64,000 nucleotides of DNA. It comes from Elusimicrobiota bacterium (lineage in GTDB: Bacteria > CG03 > SLGR01 > JAFGSA01). Shown here in pieces: positions 54,173 through 63,978 of this stretch. The stretch's first letter is position 1, and the number at the start of each line of letters is the position of its first letter. The position numbers and the translations under genes were made by a program. The notes below the pieces were generated by a model. The model saw only the letters and a program-made list of their open reading frames with translations. It did no database searches and was not told the origin of the DNA. The stretch spans positions 1,654-65,653 of the forward strand of contig JAFGSA010000003.1 in assembly GCA_016934855.1 (NCBI GenBank), read 5' to 3'.

Positions 54173-56752
54173 TTATTTTTTATAATTATTTAGAACAAAT
54201 TCTTCTTCGGCAGCCCTGTCCGGCAGCTTCCCGTTGATCTTCGCCATCTTCAGGGCAAAGAGTATCCTTGTGAATACGGCCGAAGGTTTGTAACCCATCC
54301 TTATAAGATCCCCGCCGCCCGTCTCTGTCGTGACCCCGGAGATATCTTCCAGGTAATCGATGATCTTATCTGCCACTGTCTTCCTTCCGGAACCGGACAT
54401 AATGTACAGAAGGGTCTCCGGCCTAAGATTGTGCAGCGCCTTGAATATCCTGGACCTGCTTATATTGTTCTCAAGAAGCCGTGTTATCCTCAGGGTATAT
54501 TTCTTGGCGTTGACAAAACAGGATATGGCCCTGCCTGAAAAATGAAATTCCTTCATCACTCCGACTCCCTCGTCCTTTCCGAGGCCGGAGAACAGCATGA
54601 GCATCAGCACTTCGCGCCTTTTCCCGGCACATAGCGCGCGCACCCGGCCAGGCAGGGCTTCCGTACCGTCTGCAAATCTTGCCATGCATCCGTATACGGA
54701 TTCGCTGATTGTAAGATCAGGATGTATGCAGCCCAGAACACCCAGACGGTCCAGCCGCCTGAGGATATCGTGCGGGTTATCCTCTTCGAATATGCGCAGT
54801 ATCTCCTCCCTGACCCTCTCGTTAGTCAGCTGTGCATGTATCTTCATGCTGACGGTCTTCTTGAGCTGCCGCAGGGTCTCCCGGGAGATAGCGAATCCGA
54901 ATCTTTTCTCGAACCGGACGGCGCGGAATATCCTGGTGGGATCTTCGATAAAACTGAGAGGATAGAGTATCCTTATCACTCCCCTCTTCAGGTCTTCCTC
55001 CCCGCCCAGATAATCGACGAGCATGCCTTTCTCCCGCTGCGGATTAAGCCTTATCGCCATGGCATTTATGCTGAAATCCCTTCTGTAAAGATCCTGCAGC
55101 AGCGTTCCCTCATCAACCGTAGGAAGAGCGGCAGGAAACTCATAGTATTCCTTCCTCAATGTTGCTATATCGATCTCCCTTCCCCTGCATTTGATTATGG
55201 CTGTTTTGAACTTGTAATAACAGTTCAGGCGGCCTCCGAGCAGCGATGACAGCCTTCTCGCGAATTCTATGCCCTTTCTTTCGATGACGATATCTATATC
55301 CCTGTGCCTTATACCCATCATTATATCCCTTACCATGCCTCCCACGCAGTATGCCCTGGTCCCCATATCGTCCGCCAGCCCGGCGCACACCTCTATTATT
55401 TCCATCACCTCTCCGTCAAGGTAAGCCGACATCCTGCCCTGAACACTCTCACGTTCTACGGATATAATACCGCTTCTGAACTCCTCCTGACCTCTTTTTT
55501 TCTCGAGCATGCCGGATATTTCGCCTTTTTCTTTAAAAAGCACCAGCGGGCTGCCGGCAAATTCCCCCGGGATACCGGACTTCAAGATATCCGCTTCTGC
55601 GACTGGTATCCTCGTATCCATGAACTCCGTCACCCGGTGTTTCGAGAGCCCGTGCCTTATTGCCTTATCAAGCTCTTCCCGTGTCACGATGCCGCATATG
55701 TTCCCCCTGCTGTCTCCTACAGGCGCCGAAGCTATATCCAGGTGGCGCAATGTCTGGGACACCTTCCGCGCCGTATGGAATTTTGGTATTACTATCAGGG
55801 GTTTTACCGGAAAAGAACGCACGCTGCCCGCTCCTGCATATCTTCTTTCAAGCTCTGCGCGGATTTTTTCGACCAGTTCTTCTGAAGAATACCCCTCCCC
55901 TTCGAAACTCGCGCTTGCAGCGGTCGGATGACCCCCGCCGCCCATGCCGGACAGGATGCTGCCGACATCTATTTTTTTCGTCCTGGACCTTGATATGCAC
56001 AGTATTGCGGATTTTATCCTGATAAGCACGAAGATGGCGTCCGGGACGTATTTGTCCATCATGCTGTGGACGACCACGGAGAGTTCTTCTATATAATCCC
56101 CGATCTGCGCAGCGGCCAGCATCACCTTGAGCCCGCCGAGTTCGAGCGTATCCGAGTTTTTTGCCAGCTCCCTCTCCAGTCTTTCCTGTTCTGCCGATAA
56201 CTCATGCACCAGGTATTTCCCCACTGTATCCATATCGGCTCCTATCTCTTTCAAGTATTCCAGCGCATCCCGGTCCGCCTGAGCAGTCAGGGGATATTTA
56301 AGACTGCCGGTGTCTTCGCAAATCCCGGCCGCCAGCAGCGTGGCCTCCGGGGGTTTCAGTTCTATTTTCTTCCTTTTTATGATCTCAACAAGTATTGTCG
56401 TAGTTGCTCCGTACCTGCGCATCATATCGACCTTTCCTGCCATATCCCTGTCCGTGCGCGGGTGATGGTCGTAAATATGCAATACCGTCGCGGGGGTTAT
56501 CAGCCCCGCTATCCTGCCGAGCCTGTTATTATATCTCGTATCTACGACAACAAGAAGATCTATCCGGGCTTTTCTTATTTCACCGAAACCCGCCAGTTTT
56601 CCGGGGAATCCTTCTTCTTCGAGATATTTTCTGACCTTTTTCTCTGGAGAGCCCGGGATAAAGAGCAGAGCGTCCGGATAGAGTTTTGACGCAGCCAGGA
56701 GGGATGACAGGGCATCGAAATCGGCGCCCGTATGCGTTGTGATTACTTTCAA
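54173..56752 (-). CDS. cca: DHH/DHHA1 - CBS-pair - tRNA nucleotidyltransferase (CCA-adding)/poly(A) polymerase fusion protein
   Basis: N-terminal DHH (HTGADFDALSS), DHHA1 (GGGGHPTAASA) and a CBS pair are present, followed by the PolA head motif YCVGGMVRDIMMGIRHRDIDIV. The same 860-aa architecture is known in Thermotoga. Confidence 0.75.
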   Translation of the reverse strand: MKVITTHTGADFDALSSLLAASKLYPDALLFIPGSPEKKVRKYLEEEGFPGKLAGFGEIRKARIDLLVVVDTRYNNRLGRIAGLITPATVLHIYDHHPRTDRDMAGKVDMMRRYGATTTILVEIIKRKKIELKPPEATLLAAGICEDTGSLKYPLTAQADRDALEYLKEIGADMDTVGKYLVHELSAEQERLERELAKNSDTLELGGLKVMLAAAQIGDYIEELSVVVHSMMDKYVPDAIFVLIRIKSAILCISRSRTKKIDVGSILSGMGGGGHPTAASASFEGEGYSSEELVEKIRAELERRYAGAGSVRSFPVKPLIVIPKFHTARKVSQTLRHLDIASAPVGDSRGNICGIVTREELDKAIRHGLSKHRVTEFMDTRIPVAEADILKSGIPGEFAGSPLVLFKEKGEISGMLEKKRGQEEFRSGIISVERESVQGRMSAYLDGEVMEIIEVCAGLADDMGTRAYCVGGMVRDIMMGIRHRDIDIVIERKGIEFARRLSSLLGGRLNCYYKFKTAIIKCRGREIDIATLRKEYYEFPAALPTVDEGTLLQDLYRRDFSINAMAIRLNPQREKGMLVDYLGGEEDLKRGVIRILYPLSFIEDPTRIFRAVRFEKRFGFAISRETLRQLKKTVSMKIHAQLTNERVREEILRIFEEDNPHDILRRLDRLGVLGCIHPDLTISESVYGCMARFADGTEALPGRVRALCAGKRREVLMLMLFSGLGKDEGVGVMKEFHFSGRAISCFVNAKKYTLRITRLLENNISRSRIFKALHNLRPETLLYIMSGSGRKTVADKIIDYLEDISGVTTETGGGDLIRMGYKPSAVFTRILFALKMAKINGKLPDRAAEEEFVLNNYKK

Positions 56753-57318
56753 GGCTTTCCGTTTCTTATCTGGCCCATATAGATATTCCTGATGCCCTTG
56801 AGGATATCATGATATTCGGCTGTCCTGTAATCCGGAAAAGTCCATTCGAGGATCCTGAATCCACCGTCTCTGAAAATGAGGGTTATTTCTCCGAAGATGC
56901 CTTTACCCAGATATATCCTGTGCGAGAAATTCTTTGTAGAAGCCAGGACTACTTTTGAGGGAGCGATATATCCCGGGTCTATATTTATCCTCCTTCTGCC
57001 GTCTTTGCCAGCGAACTTCTTTTCCAGGCGATTCGTGAATATTTTAATATCCCGGATGTCCTTCGGCCCTACCAGTTCTCTGAAACTTATGAATTTTCTT
57101 TCCAGCGGCCGGCCCATCTCATTATAATAGTATTGCGTGTAGTCAAACTTGAGAATCCCGCTCGAGTAGTCTATTCCGGAGAATCTTTTTGATAGGAGCT
57201 TTTCGGCCGCAGCCGTATCGGTGCCCGGAGAGACTATCATGCCCATAAAGAGCTTAACCCCGTTTAACAGCTCGTCATCTCCGAACTTCCCGTTTTTTCG
57301 GCCGGAGCGCTGTCTCAC
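56749..57318 (-). CDS. DUF4416-like protein
   Basis: The sequence GYIAPSKVVLASTKNFSHRIYLGKGIFGEITL resembles the DUF4416 family. The call is weak. Confidence 0.35.
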   Translation of the reverse strand: MRQRSGRKNGKFGDDELLNGVKLFMGMIVSPGTDTAAAEKLLSKRFSGIDYSSGILKFDYTQYYYNEMGRPLERKFISFRELVGPKDIRDIKIFTNRLEKKFAGKDGRRRINIDPGYIAPSKVVLASTKNFSHRIYLGKGIFGEITLIFRDGGFRILEWTFPDYRTAEYHDILKGIRNIYMGQIRNGKP

Positions 57319-58976
57319 GTATTCCCTTTTCCCCTGGACTTGATATAGCTTGCATGCGCCATTTTCAGGACGGCCCTGGAAGCCTCCCTTTTCACCATGT
57401 CGTCATCGTCCTTGAGGGCTTTTCTCAGTATCTCCATGGCTTCCGTGTCCTGTATCTGTCCCAGTATCCTGGCTCCTTTAAGCCTCACCTGGGATGAGGC
57501 ATCCCTGAGTGATTTCCTGATCAGATACATCTGATCCGAATCATTGTAATTACGTATGCCCTCCAGAGCATAATACCTTTCCAGGCTGGATCTTGACGTT
57601 ATTTTTTCATTAAGAATATCTTTTACTTCTCCCTTCCCGGTCTTCCCGATGCACGGGATGAGATATGTCCTGAGATGCTCGGGCGCGCGGTTATACATGT
57701 CCCATATCATTTCGCTTAAAGTTCCCAGCCTGCTTTCGGAGAGTTTTTCCGCTATTTTGCTCACGGAAAGTACGCATTCTTTCATTACATAACTGATGTT
57801 CTCTGATTCGAACAGCCGGCATATTATCCTTACCGCCTCTTCAGAAGGGATACCGGAAAGCGCATCTACGGCCTTCCTCCTGAACACGGGATTAGGATCG
57901 CGAACGAGCTCTTTGAGTTCTTCTATCACCGTCCTGTCACCCAGCCGGCTCCTGGTCAGGGATGCTTCGGTTTTCAGCCACCTGCCTGAATCTGCGGGTA
58001 TATCCTTGAGGTACTTCAGCCCGTCGGGATGCCCGATGTTGCCGATGCTCCTTACCGCCATCACGGACACGTAGGGATTCCCGTCATTTACCATGCGGCC
58101 TATCATATCAAGCCTGCGGGAGCCGCCTATATAACCAACCGCCTCTACTGCGCGCGTCCTGAGATGCGGGTTCCCGTGATTTACATACCTGGCAATGACT
58201 TCTTCCGAGGGGAGATACCTGAGCCTCCCCAGGGAAAATATTATGCTTTTTTTCAGCATCACCGGGATATCCCCGTCCAGTACCTGCTGCAGTATCTTTC
58301 CGTAATGTACAAGACCGCTCTCCCCCATAGCCTCTATGACGGTCCTCCTGACATGCAGTGGAACCTTGCCGTCGAGTATGAATTCCTTTACCGGCACGGG
58401 AAGGAATTTCAAGTCGTCAGGGGTCAGGAACACATTCCCCTTCCTATATATATTCCTGGAAGCCTCCTTCAGATACGTAGCGTATTCGGCAACCTGCTCC
58501 ACGGTGTTAAAACCCTCCCTGTACGATGAAAAAGCCGCTCCGCATATCCCCATGAGATCGAACCTGGCACGCTCTCCTTTCCTGTCCCATCCCACTATAA
58601 AACCCCTCGATACGTCCGGCTGCATATAAAAACTGTTCCTTATATCGGAGAACTCCCTGTCCAGCCCCGTGAACAAGGTACTGCAGTATTCCCCCTCGGT
58701 AATAATAATGAAATCGTCGCCGCCTATATGACCCAGGAAAGAGCTTTCACCGCATATGTCCGCGCACAGCTTTTTCAGAAGTCCCGCAAGTCTGAGGATT
58801 ACATTGTCCCCCGCGGCGAAACCATAAACTTCATTGTAAGGTTTGAAATTTATTATATCCAGGTATACTATCATTTTATCCCTGGCATCAAGAGCGTATC
58901 CTATTCGCCTTTTTATCTCCCTGTTTCCGGGAAGGCCGGTTAGAGGGTTGAGGTCCAGGCTGTCAATTTTCATCAA
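57315..58976 (-). CDS. GGDEF-domain protein (GGDDF variant) fused to HEAT/PBS-lyase-type repeats
   Basis: The GGDEF-domain core begins at NPLTGLPGNRE. The signature is HIGGDDF. The C-terminal 350 aa contain repeated blocks of the form ...AV.ALG.IG. Confidence 0.7.
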   Translation of the reverse strand: MMKIDSLDLNPLTGLPGNREIKRRIGYALDARDKMIVYLDIINFKPYNEVYGFAAGDNVILRLAGLLKKLCADICGESSFLGHIGGDDFIIITEGEYCSTLFTGLDREFSDIRNSFYMQPDVSRGFIVGWDRKGERARFDLMGICGAAFSSYREGFNTVEQVAEYATYLKEASRNIYRKGNVFLTPDDLKFLPVPVKEFILDGKVPLHVRRTVIEAMGESGLVHYGKILQQVLDGDIPVMLKKSIIFSLGRLRYLPSEEVIARYVNHGNPHLRTRAVEAVGYIGGSRRLDMIGRMVNDGNPYVSVMAVRSIGNIGHPDGLKYLKDIPADSGRWLKTEASLTRSRLGDRTVIEELKELVRDPNPVFRRKAVDALSGIPSEEAVRIICRLFESENISYVMKECVLSVSKIAEKLSESRLGTLSEMIWDMYNRAPEHLRTYLIPCIGKTGKGEVKDILNEKITSRSSLERYYALEGIRNYNDSDQMYLIRKSLRDASSQVRLKGARILGQIQDTEAMEILRKALKDDDDMVKREASRAVLKMAHASYIKSRGKGNT

Positions 58977-60459
58977 GCAACTCCAGTATGCCGCTCTCTC
59001 TTCTTACCTCGGAATTCCTGTTGAAACCCGAATAGATCTTTTTCAGGAAGACATGCGGAGCGGGATTAAAAGGGCTCCTGTATACATATTCGAGAAAATA
59101 CCGTTCGGCTTCGGCATACTTTTTCTGGTTGTAAAGAATCTCTCCTATATAAAGGTACGGAGGGCAGTATGAGCTATTGGAGCCTACCGCTTCAAGGAGT
59201 TCCTTCATGGCATTTTCGGAATCCCCGAGAGCGATCCGGACCCTGGCAAGCCTGTTGAGCACGACGGCGTTACCGGGATCTTTCTTCAGGGCATCCTCAT
59301 ATTTCTTGACAGCCAGATCATACCTTCCTGATTCGCTGAAACGATCCGCCACCCTGATGTCGGTATATGCCTCTTCTGACACCCATTCCGTGAGCGCGTT
59401 TACCGGGTCTTCGTCAAAAGCATAACTGGGGCCTCCGGCGCCGGGCAGTATATCCATGGTCCTGCTTGAAATATATTTCTTCCATTCCCCGTTGATATCT
59501 TCGATCTTCCTGCCGTATACTTCTTCGAAAGCCCGGCCCGGCTCCGTTGCCATGAGCTTGCGCAGATAAGTCCTCATCTTATCCCAGCCGTATTGCTCTA
59601 TTATGTAATCCGTTACCGACTGAACCTGTGCGAACGCCAGCGCAACCTCGTCCTTGCTTTCAAGGGTCGGCATACCGTGTTTCATCTTTTCGAACTCTAT
59701 CCACCCGCCGGAGTCCCTCCCTTTTACGAGATAGTTAATATCAACCGGGTCAAGCTCTCCTTTTTCCTTCCGCCAGACCACTTCGTTATACTTGGCGAGC
59801 CCCTCGTTGAGCCATAAGGGCATGTTCTCGAGGCCCGTGATCTTCGCTATAGCATAATGGATATATTCGTGCACCACCGTATCCACCCACGAGTATCCGA
59901 ATTTAAGTATTCTCGGCGAAGCTACCATTATCCTGTTGAATTTGCATATGCCTATCGCGCCCGATACTTTTATCTGCTGGTCTGTGAGGGTAGAGGCCGT
60001 CTTAAAACTCTCCCTGGAAGGATATATCTCGATAAGGATTTTTTCGCCCGGTTCATAGCCGAACCTGTCCCTGACTTTCTCCGCCGCAGCGTCGACAATA
60101 CCGGCCAGGTACATGGCGAGTATCCTGTCCTTCCCCGTGAACCTAATACTGAAATATTCTGTCTCGGCTGTCTCGAATTTACGGGAAGTCTCCAGGATGC
60201 TCGAGGTGAGTGCCGCCCAGCCGGCTGATTTTCCGGGACTGCCCGCGAAATATCCGTCAGCCTTTTCGTAGTCCCCCATAAAAAAACTATAAAGGCCCTG
60301 GATGTACCCGTCAGGCTCTTTCATGGATTCTATCGCCCGGGCGGCTTCCGGCATCATCCACCTGAAGATGAGTCTTTCAGCGTCTTCCGTGGCAGCGTAT
60401 GCTCCCGAGGCGGATATAATGACAAATACCAGCAGTATTTTTACGGTATCCGGGATCAT
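58963..60459 (-). CDS. secreted peptidase MA-like (HEYIH) domain protein with C-terminal TPR repeats
   Basis: A signal peptide is present. The motif VVHEYIHYA...WLNEGLAKY matches the same family as the 39038-41863 N-terminal domain. The C-terminus carries TPR-like repeats. Confidence 0.55.
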   Translation of the reverse strand: MIPDTVKILLVFVIISASGAYAATEDAERLIFRWMMPEAARAIESMKEPDGYIQGLYSFFMGDYEKADGYFAGSPGKSAGWAALTSSILETSRKFETAETEYFSIRFTGKDRILAMYLAGIVDAAAEKVRDRFGYEPGEKILIEIYPSRESFKTASTLTDQQIKVSGAIGICKFNRIMVASPRILKFGYSWVDTVVHEYIHYAIAKITGLENMPLWLNEGLAKYNEVVWRKEKGELDPVDINYLVKGRDSGGWIEFEKMKHGMPTLESKDEVALAFAQVQSVTDYIIEQYGWDKMRTYLRKLMATEPGRAFEEVYGRKIEDINGEWKKYISSRTMDILPGAGGPSYAFDEDPVNALTEWVSEEAYTDIRVADRFSESGRYDLAVKKYEDALKKDPGNAVVLNRLARVRIALGDSENAMKELLEAVGSNSSYCPPYLYIGEILYNQKKYAEAERYFLEYVYRSPFNPAPHVFLKKIYSGFNRNSEVRRESGILELLDEN

Positions 60460-60466
60460 CCCCTGG

Positions 60467-61966
60467 CTAGAATATTCCCAGGCCGACGCCGAACATGTAT
60501 ACGGAAAAAAAGATAAAGACGACAGTATTTATGACTTTCACTGTTTTATAATGACTCTTCCCGAAATCCTCTATCCTGCGCGAATGCACCCCCCAGAAAA
60601 ATACCAGAAAGATAACCAGAAGAGGGATTATGAACATGAAGCTGTAGAGAAGCAGGTACATCACCGCCGCGTATCTTGTGGCTGCCGCCTGCAGCATGTA
60701 TAGAATAGTGGGCAGATATATCTGCCCCGTACATGCGAGTTCCAGCACGGATATTACAGCCCCGGTAAAGAACGAAAACAGCACGAAATATCTCATCTTT
60801 GCATGTTTCTCGAATACCCGGTATATCATCATCCTGAGATTATCGGGTACTCTTAAAAACATCCCGCCTTCTTTCTTCAAAGAAAAAAAGTCCTTTAAAC
60901 TGAACAATGCCAGGAGCAGCGTTATGACTCCTATGAAAAGATAAAGAACCCTGGTTAGAAGCGACACTCCTTTAACGGCATACAGCACTTTTGCCAGCCC
61001 CAGCCCCAGGAGAAAATACGCGGAAAATATTCCCATAGAGAACGATATCCCGGTAAGAAAGATTTCTTTCCTGCTCTTTTTTATTATTATCGACATATAC
61101 GATATCATGAAAATTATCGCCGCAAATGCGCACGGGTTAAATCCGTCTACGAGTCCCGCCCCCAGTATAGGCAGAACTCCGAGAGACCTGTGCTTTTTTT
61201 CAGCCGTTCCGGCAGCGCCGCCCGCCAGGATACGGACCCTTTCCCCGGGAGTATACGAGAGAACCGCCTCCTTCAGATCCCTGTCGATATCCCTTCTGCC
61301 TCCCAGTATCCTTTTTCCCACGAATATTACCGGTATCCTGTTACCGGACGAATTGTATCTCTTTTCCCAAAGGATAAGTTTCTCGTAGTTCTTCTTGTCG
61401 CTGAGCGAATATTCCGTTACTTTTATCCTGCATCGGTTCTTTTCCGCCATTGAAGGGATCGTTTTTTCCTTCAGCTTCTGGCAGTATTTGCAACCCGGTG
61501 TCGTAAAAATGTAAAGTTCAACGGTCTTCTCATCCTCTGCCGGACGCGCATGTCTGTTTATCCTGCTTTTTCCTTCCGCTTTTTTCGACGGTTTGCTTTC
61601 GATATAGGCTTCGATGACCCAAGAGAGGTGCGGAAAATCGGGATCATTCGTATCAAGGAAAACATAGTCCGTCTTCTTCCCGCTTTCGCCCTTTGTATCG
61701 AATAATATCCTGAGATACGTTTCGGCGCCGGGTTTTATTTCGGCTTTTTCGGGTTTGACGGATATGCATTCGCAGGAAGACCTGGCCGATAAGGAAAGGC
61801 CGTCTTCCCCTGCGTTCTTTATCGACAGATCCTTTCTGAAACGCTTCCCCTCTTTTACGTTTCCGAGATCCCAGCTGGCTTCAGACAGGCGGATCCTGGG
61901 ATTCGCCGGCAGTTTATCTGCCGAGACCAACAGCGCCAGTAAGAAGAAAACAGCGGTTTTTTTCAC
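60467..61966 (-). CDS. DUF1573 - glutaredoxin/thioredoxin-like (CKYC) - CcdA/DsbD-type transmembrane thiol:disulfide electron transporter fusion
   Basis: The DUF1573 block is SWDLGNVKEGKRF..SIKNAGEDGLSLS..SCEC. The thioredoxin-like block is YIFTTPGCKYCQKLK. The CcdA block carries conserved Cys in DGFNPCAF and LELACTGQ. Confidence 0.7.
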   Translation of the reverse strand: MKKTAVFFLLALLVSADKLPANPRIRLSEASWDLGNVKEGKRFRKDLSIKNAGEDGLSLSARSSCECISVKPEKAEIKPGAETYLRILFDTKGESGKKTDYVFLDTNDPDFPHLSWVIEAYIESKPSKKAEGKSRINRHARPAEDEKTVELYIFTTPGCKYCQKLKEKTIPSMAEKNRCRIKVTEYSLSDKKNYEKLILWEKRYNSSGNRIPVIFVGKRILGGRRDIDRDLKEAVLSYTPGERVRILAGGAAGTAEKKHRSLGVLPILGAGLVDGFNPCAFAAIIFMISYMSIIIKKSRKEIFLTGISFSMGIFSAYFLLGLGLAKVLYAVKGVSLLTRVLYLFIGVITLLLALFSLKDFFSLKKEGGMFLRVPDNLRMMIYRVFEKHAKMRYFVLFSFFTGAVISVLELACTGQIYLPTILYMLQAAATRYAAVMYLLLYSFMFIIPLLVIFLVFFWGVHSRRIEDFGKSHYKTVKVINTVVFIFFSVYMFGVGLGIF

Positions 61967-61987
61967 TTTTTTCCGCCTGAACGGCGC

Positions 61988-63379
61988 CTACTTGATAAGA
62001 ATGCTTTTCGCTTTTTCCTTGAGCTTGTTATTATATTCATCCACGATGCTCCTGCCTTCGCTGTCATCAGGGACGTCCTTGATGAGCAGCACCTGCTCGT
62101 GCTCGTAGGACTTTATGCTGTTGTTTTTATCCAGTTTCAGCGTGATTTTACCCACCCTGTGACCGTTCGCGCCGGCCTGAACGATAAGAGTGTCTCCGAT
62201 CTTGACAGGATCCTTGTGAAGCGTCTGCGAATGCCCGCCGATTATTATGTCTATTCCTTCGACTTCAGACGCTATCTTCCTGTCCTGCTCGTCCCCGGAA
62301 TGAGACAGAAGTACTACTATGTCCGCGTTTTTCCTCATATGCGGCACATTGCCGGCTATGGTCTCCATGAGGCTCTTGAACTTAACTCCCTCTATCCTGT
62401 CTTTCGGGAAAAGGACAAATATGTCGGGATTTATCACGCTCAACACGGCTATCCTGGCTTCCCCCGCTTCGAATATATCGTACCCCTTAGCCAGGTCCCA
62501 GCATGTTTTGTCGTCGCAGACGCTAATATTGGCGCACAGATAGGGCAGCCGAGATATGTTCTTTTCCAGGAATTTTCTTCCCATGATGAACTCCTGGTCT
62601 CCTATCCCTATGGCGTTGTAATCCATCATGGCCATCATCCTGATGACATATTCCGCCTGGAGATCGTTCTGCCTTACCGAGAAATTGTCGCCGCAATCGA
62701 TAAAGAGCGCTTCGGGATCCTTCTTCCTTATATCTTTTAATACCGTCATCCTTCTGACAAGCCCGCCGAACGGGTTTTCCGGACAATTACAGGATTCCAG
62801 ATATCCGTTGGCGCTGTTCGTGTATACGATCGTGACCGTCCTGGATTTTTTTACCGCGATTTCTTCCTTTTTCAGGGATTCTATGGTATCGGCGAGTACT
62901 TCGTCAACGTGCTCGGTATAACCCTTCAGGTGTTTCCTTATCCTCCCCTGTTTTCCTATCACGAATATCTGCGGTATCTCGGCCCTGCCGCTCCTCACAA
63001 CCCCGTAATTTGTTCCCGCCTTCCACCCCGAAGGATCCGACAGAACCGGGACTTTAAGAGAATTTCCGGATATGAAATCTTTAAGGGCCGCAGGATTGTC
63101 GTCCAGGGATATCATCCTTATCTTCACGCTGTTGTCTTTTAAGTACCTTTCATACAGCTTATTCATATAGGGTATCTCTTTCTTGCACGGCTCGCAGTTC
63201 GTATCGAAAAAACCGAGTACCACTATATTCCCGCTGCCCTTGAGATCGTCAAGAGACACCTTGCCGGCGGGATACTGGTCTATCTTGAATACAGGAGCAT
63301 CCTGCCCGATCTCAAGGGCCGGAAGGCTGCTCGATAAGGCAAGAATGAATCCTGTTATTATAAGGGCTGTCCTCTTCAT
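61988..63379 (-). CDS. TlpA-like thioredoxin (CEPC) fused to calcineurin-like metallophosphoesterase / 5'-nucleotidase-like domain
   Basis: A signal peptide is present. The redoxin block is VVLGFFDTNCEPCKKEIP. The phosphoesterase motifs are GDNF, GDQEF, LLSHSG and GGHSQ. Confidence 0.7.
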   Translation of the reverse strand: MKRTALIITGFILALSSSLPALEIGQDAPVFKIDQYPAGKVSLDDLKGSGNIVVLGFFDTNCEPCKKEIPYMNKLYERYLKDNSVKIRMISLDDNPAALKDFISGNSLKVPVLSDPSGWKAGTNYGVVRSGRAEIPQIFVIGKQGRIRKHLKGYTEHVDEVLADTIESLKKEEIAVKKSRTVTIVYTNSANGYLESCNCPENPFGGLVRRMTVLKDIRKKDPEALFIDCGDNFSVRQNDLQAEYVIRMMAMMDYNAIGIGDQEFIMGRKFLEKNISRLPYLCANISVCDDKTCWDLAKGYDIFEAGEARIAVLSVINPDIFVLFPKDRIEGVKFKSLMETIAGNVPHMRKNADIVVLLSHSGDEQDRKIASEVEGIDIIIGGHSQTLHKDPVKIGDTLIVQAGANGHRVGKITLKLDKNNSIKSYEHEQVLLIKDVPDDSEGRSIVDEYNNKLKEKAKSILIK

Positions 63380-63459
63380 CGGTTTCTCCTTTTTACCACT
63401 TCTGCCATACTCCGCAATATAACGGATTTCATTCCCCCGGGATGTAATTTCATACTACT

Positions 63460-63978
63460 TTATTCTCCGAACTGCTCGGAGAAGGCCACGGCTATCTTCT
63501 GCGCAGCAAGCGGCAGCTCTTTACCGCTGGAGCATTCTTCCGACTCTGCTCCCACTATCTCGCCCGTCTCGACATCGACCAGGCTGACGTTGATATAATA
63601 CGTCTCCAGGAACTTGGAGAAAGACCCTACAGCCATATATTTTACGTTGAGTATTTTACCCATCTGTACGGCGCACTCCTCGCTCGTGCACCCGGTGACC
63701 TGGAAGCTCTGTTCCTCCAGTATTCTTTCCATATTCTGCCTGTCGAGCACTTTGAAAGACTGCGTTCTTACGAGTTCCGTCCTTATGAAGTCCGATACGA
63801 TGGCGGCGTCCATGGCGGAAACGTTCTTCCCGTCCAGTTCCGCTACCGCTATATTGAGAAGTTCGCCGGGTTTCTTCTTCATCTTAACGGCTTTTGCAGT
63901 TTTTGTTTCTTCTTTAGGCTCTTTCCTTACCCTGGCTTTCTCTTCGACCGGCATCCCGAATTTCACACCGCCGCCCAC
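63460..63978 (-). CDS. CsgG/LpoB-like (TolB-N-like) domain protein, 5' end probably outside the window
   Basis: It is a paralog of the 17287-17895 domain (VSDFIRTELVRTQSFKVLDRQNMERILEEQ...GKILNVKYMAVGSF...VDVETGEIV). The frame is still open at the window end. Confidence 0.45.
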   Translation of the reverse strand: MGGGVKFGMPVEEKARVRKEPKEETKTAKAVKMKKKPGELLNIAVAELDGKNVSAMDAAIVSDFIRTELVRTQSFKVLDRQNMERILEEQSFQVTGCTSEECAVQMGKILNVKYMAVGSFSKFLETYYINVSLVDVETGEIVGAESEECSSGKELPLAAQKIAVAFSEQFGE

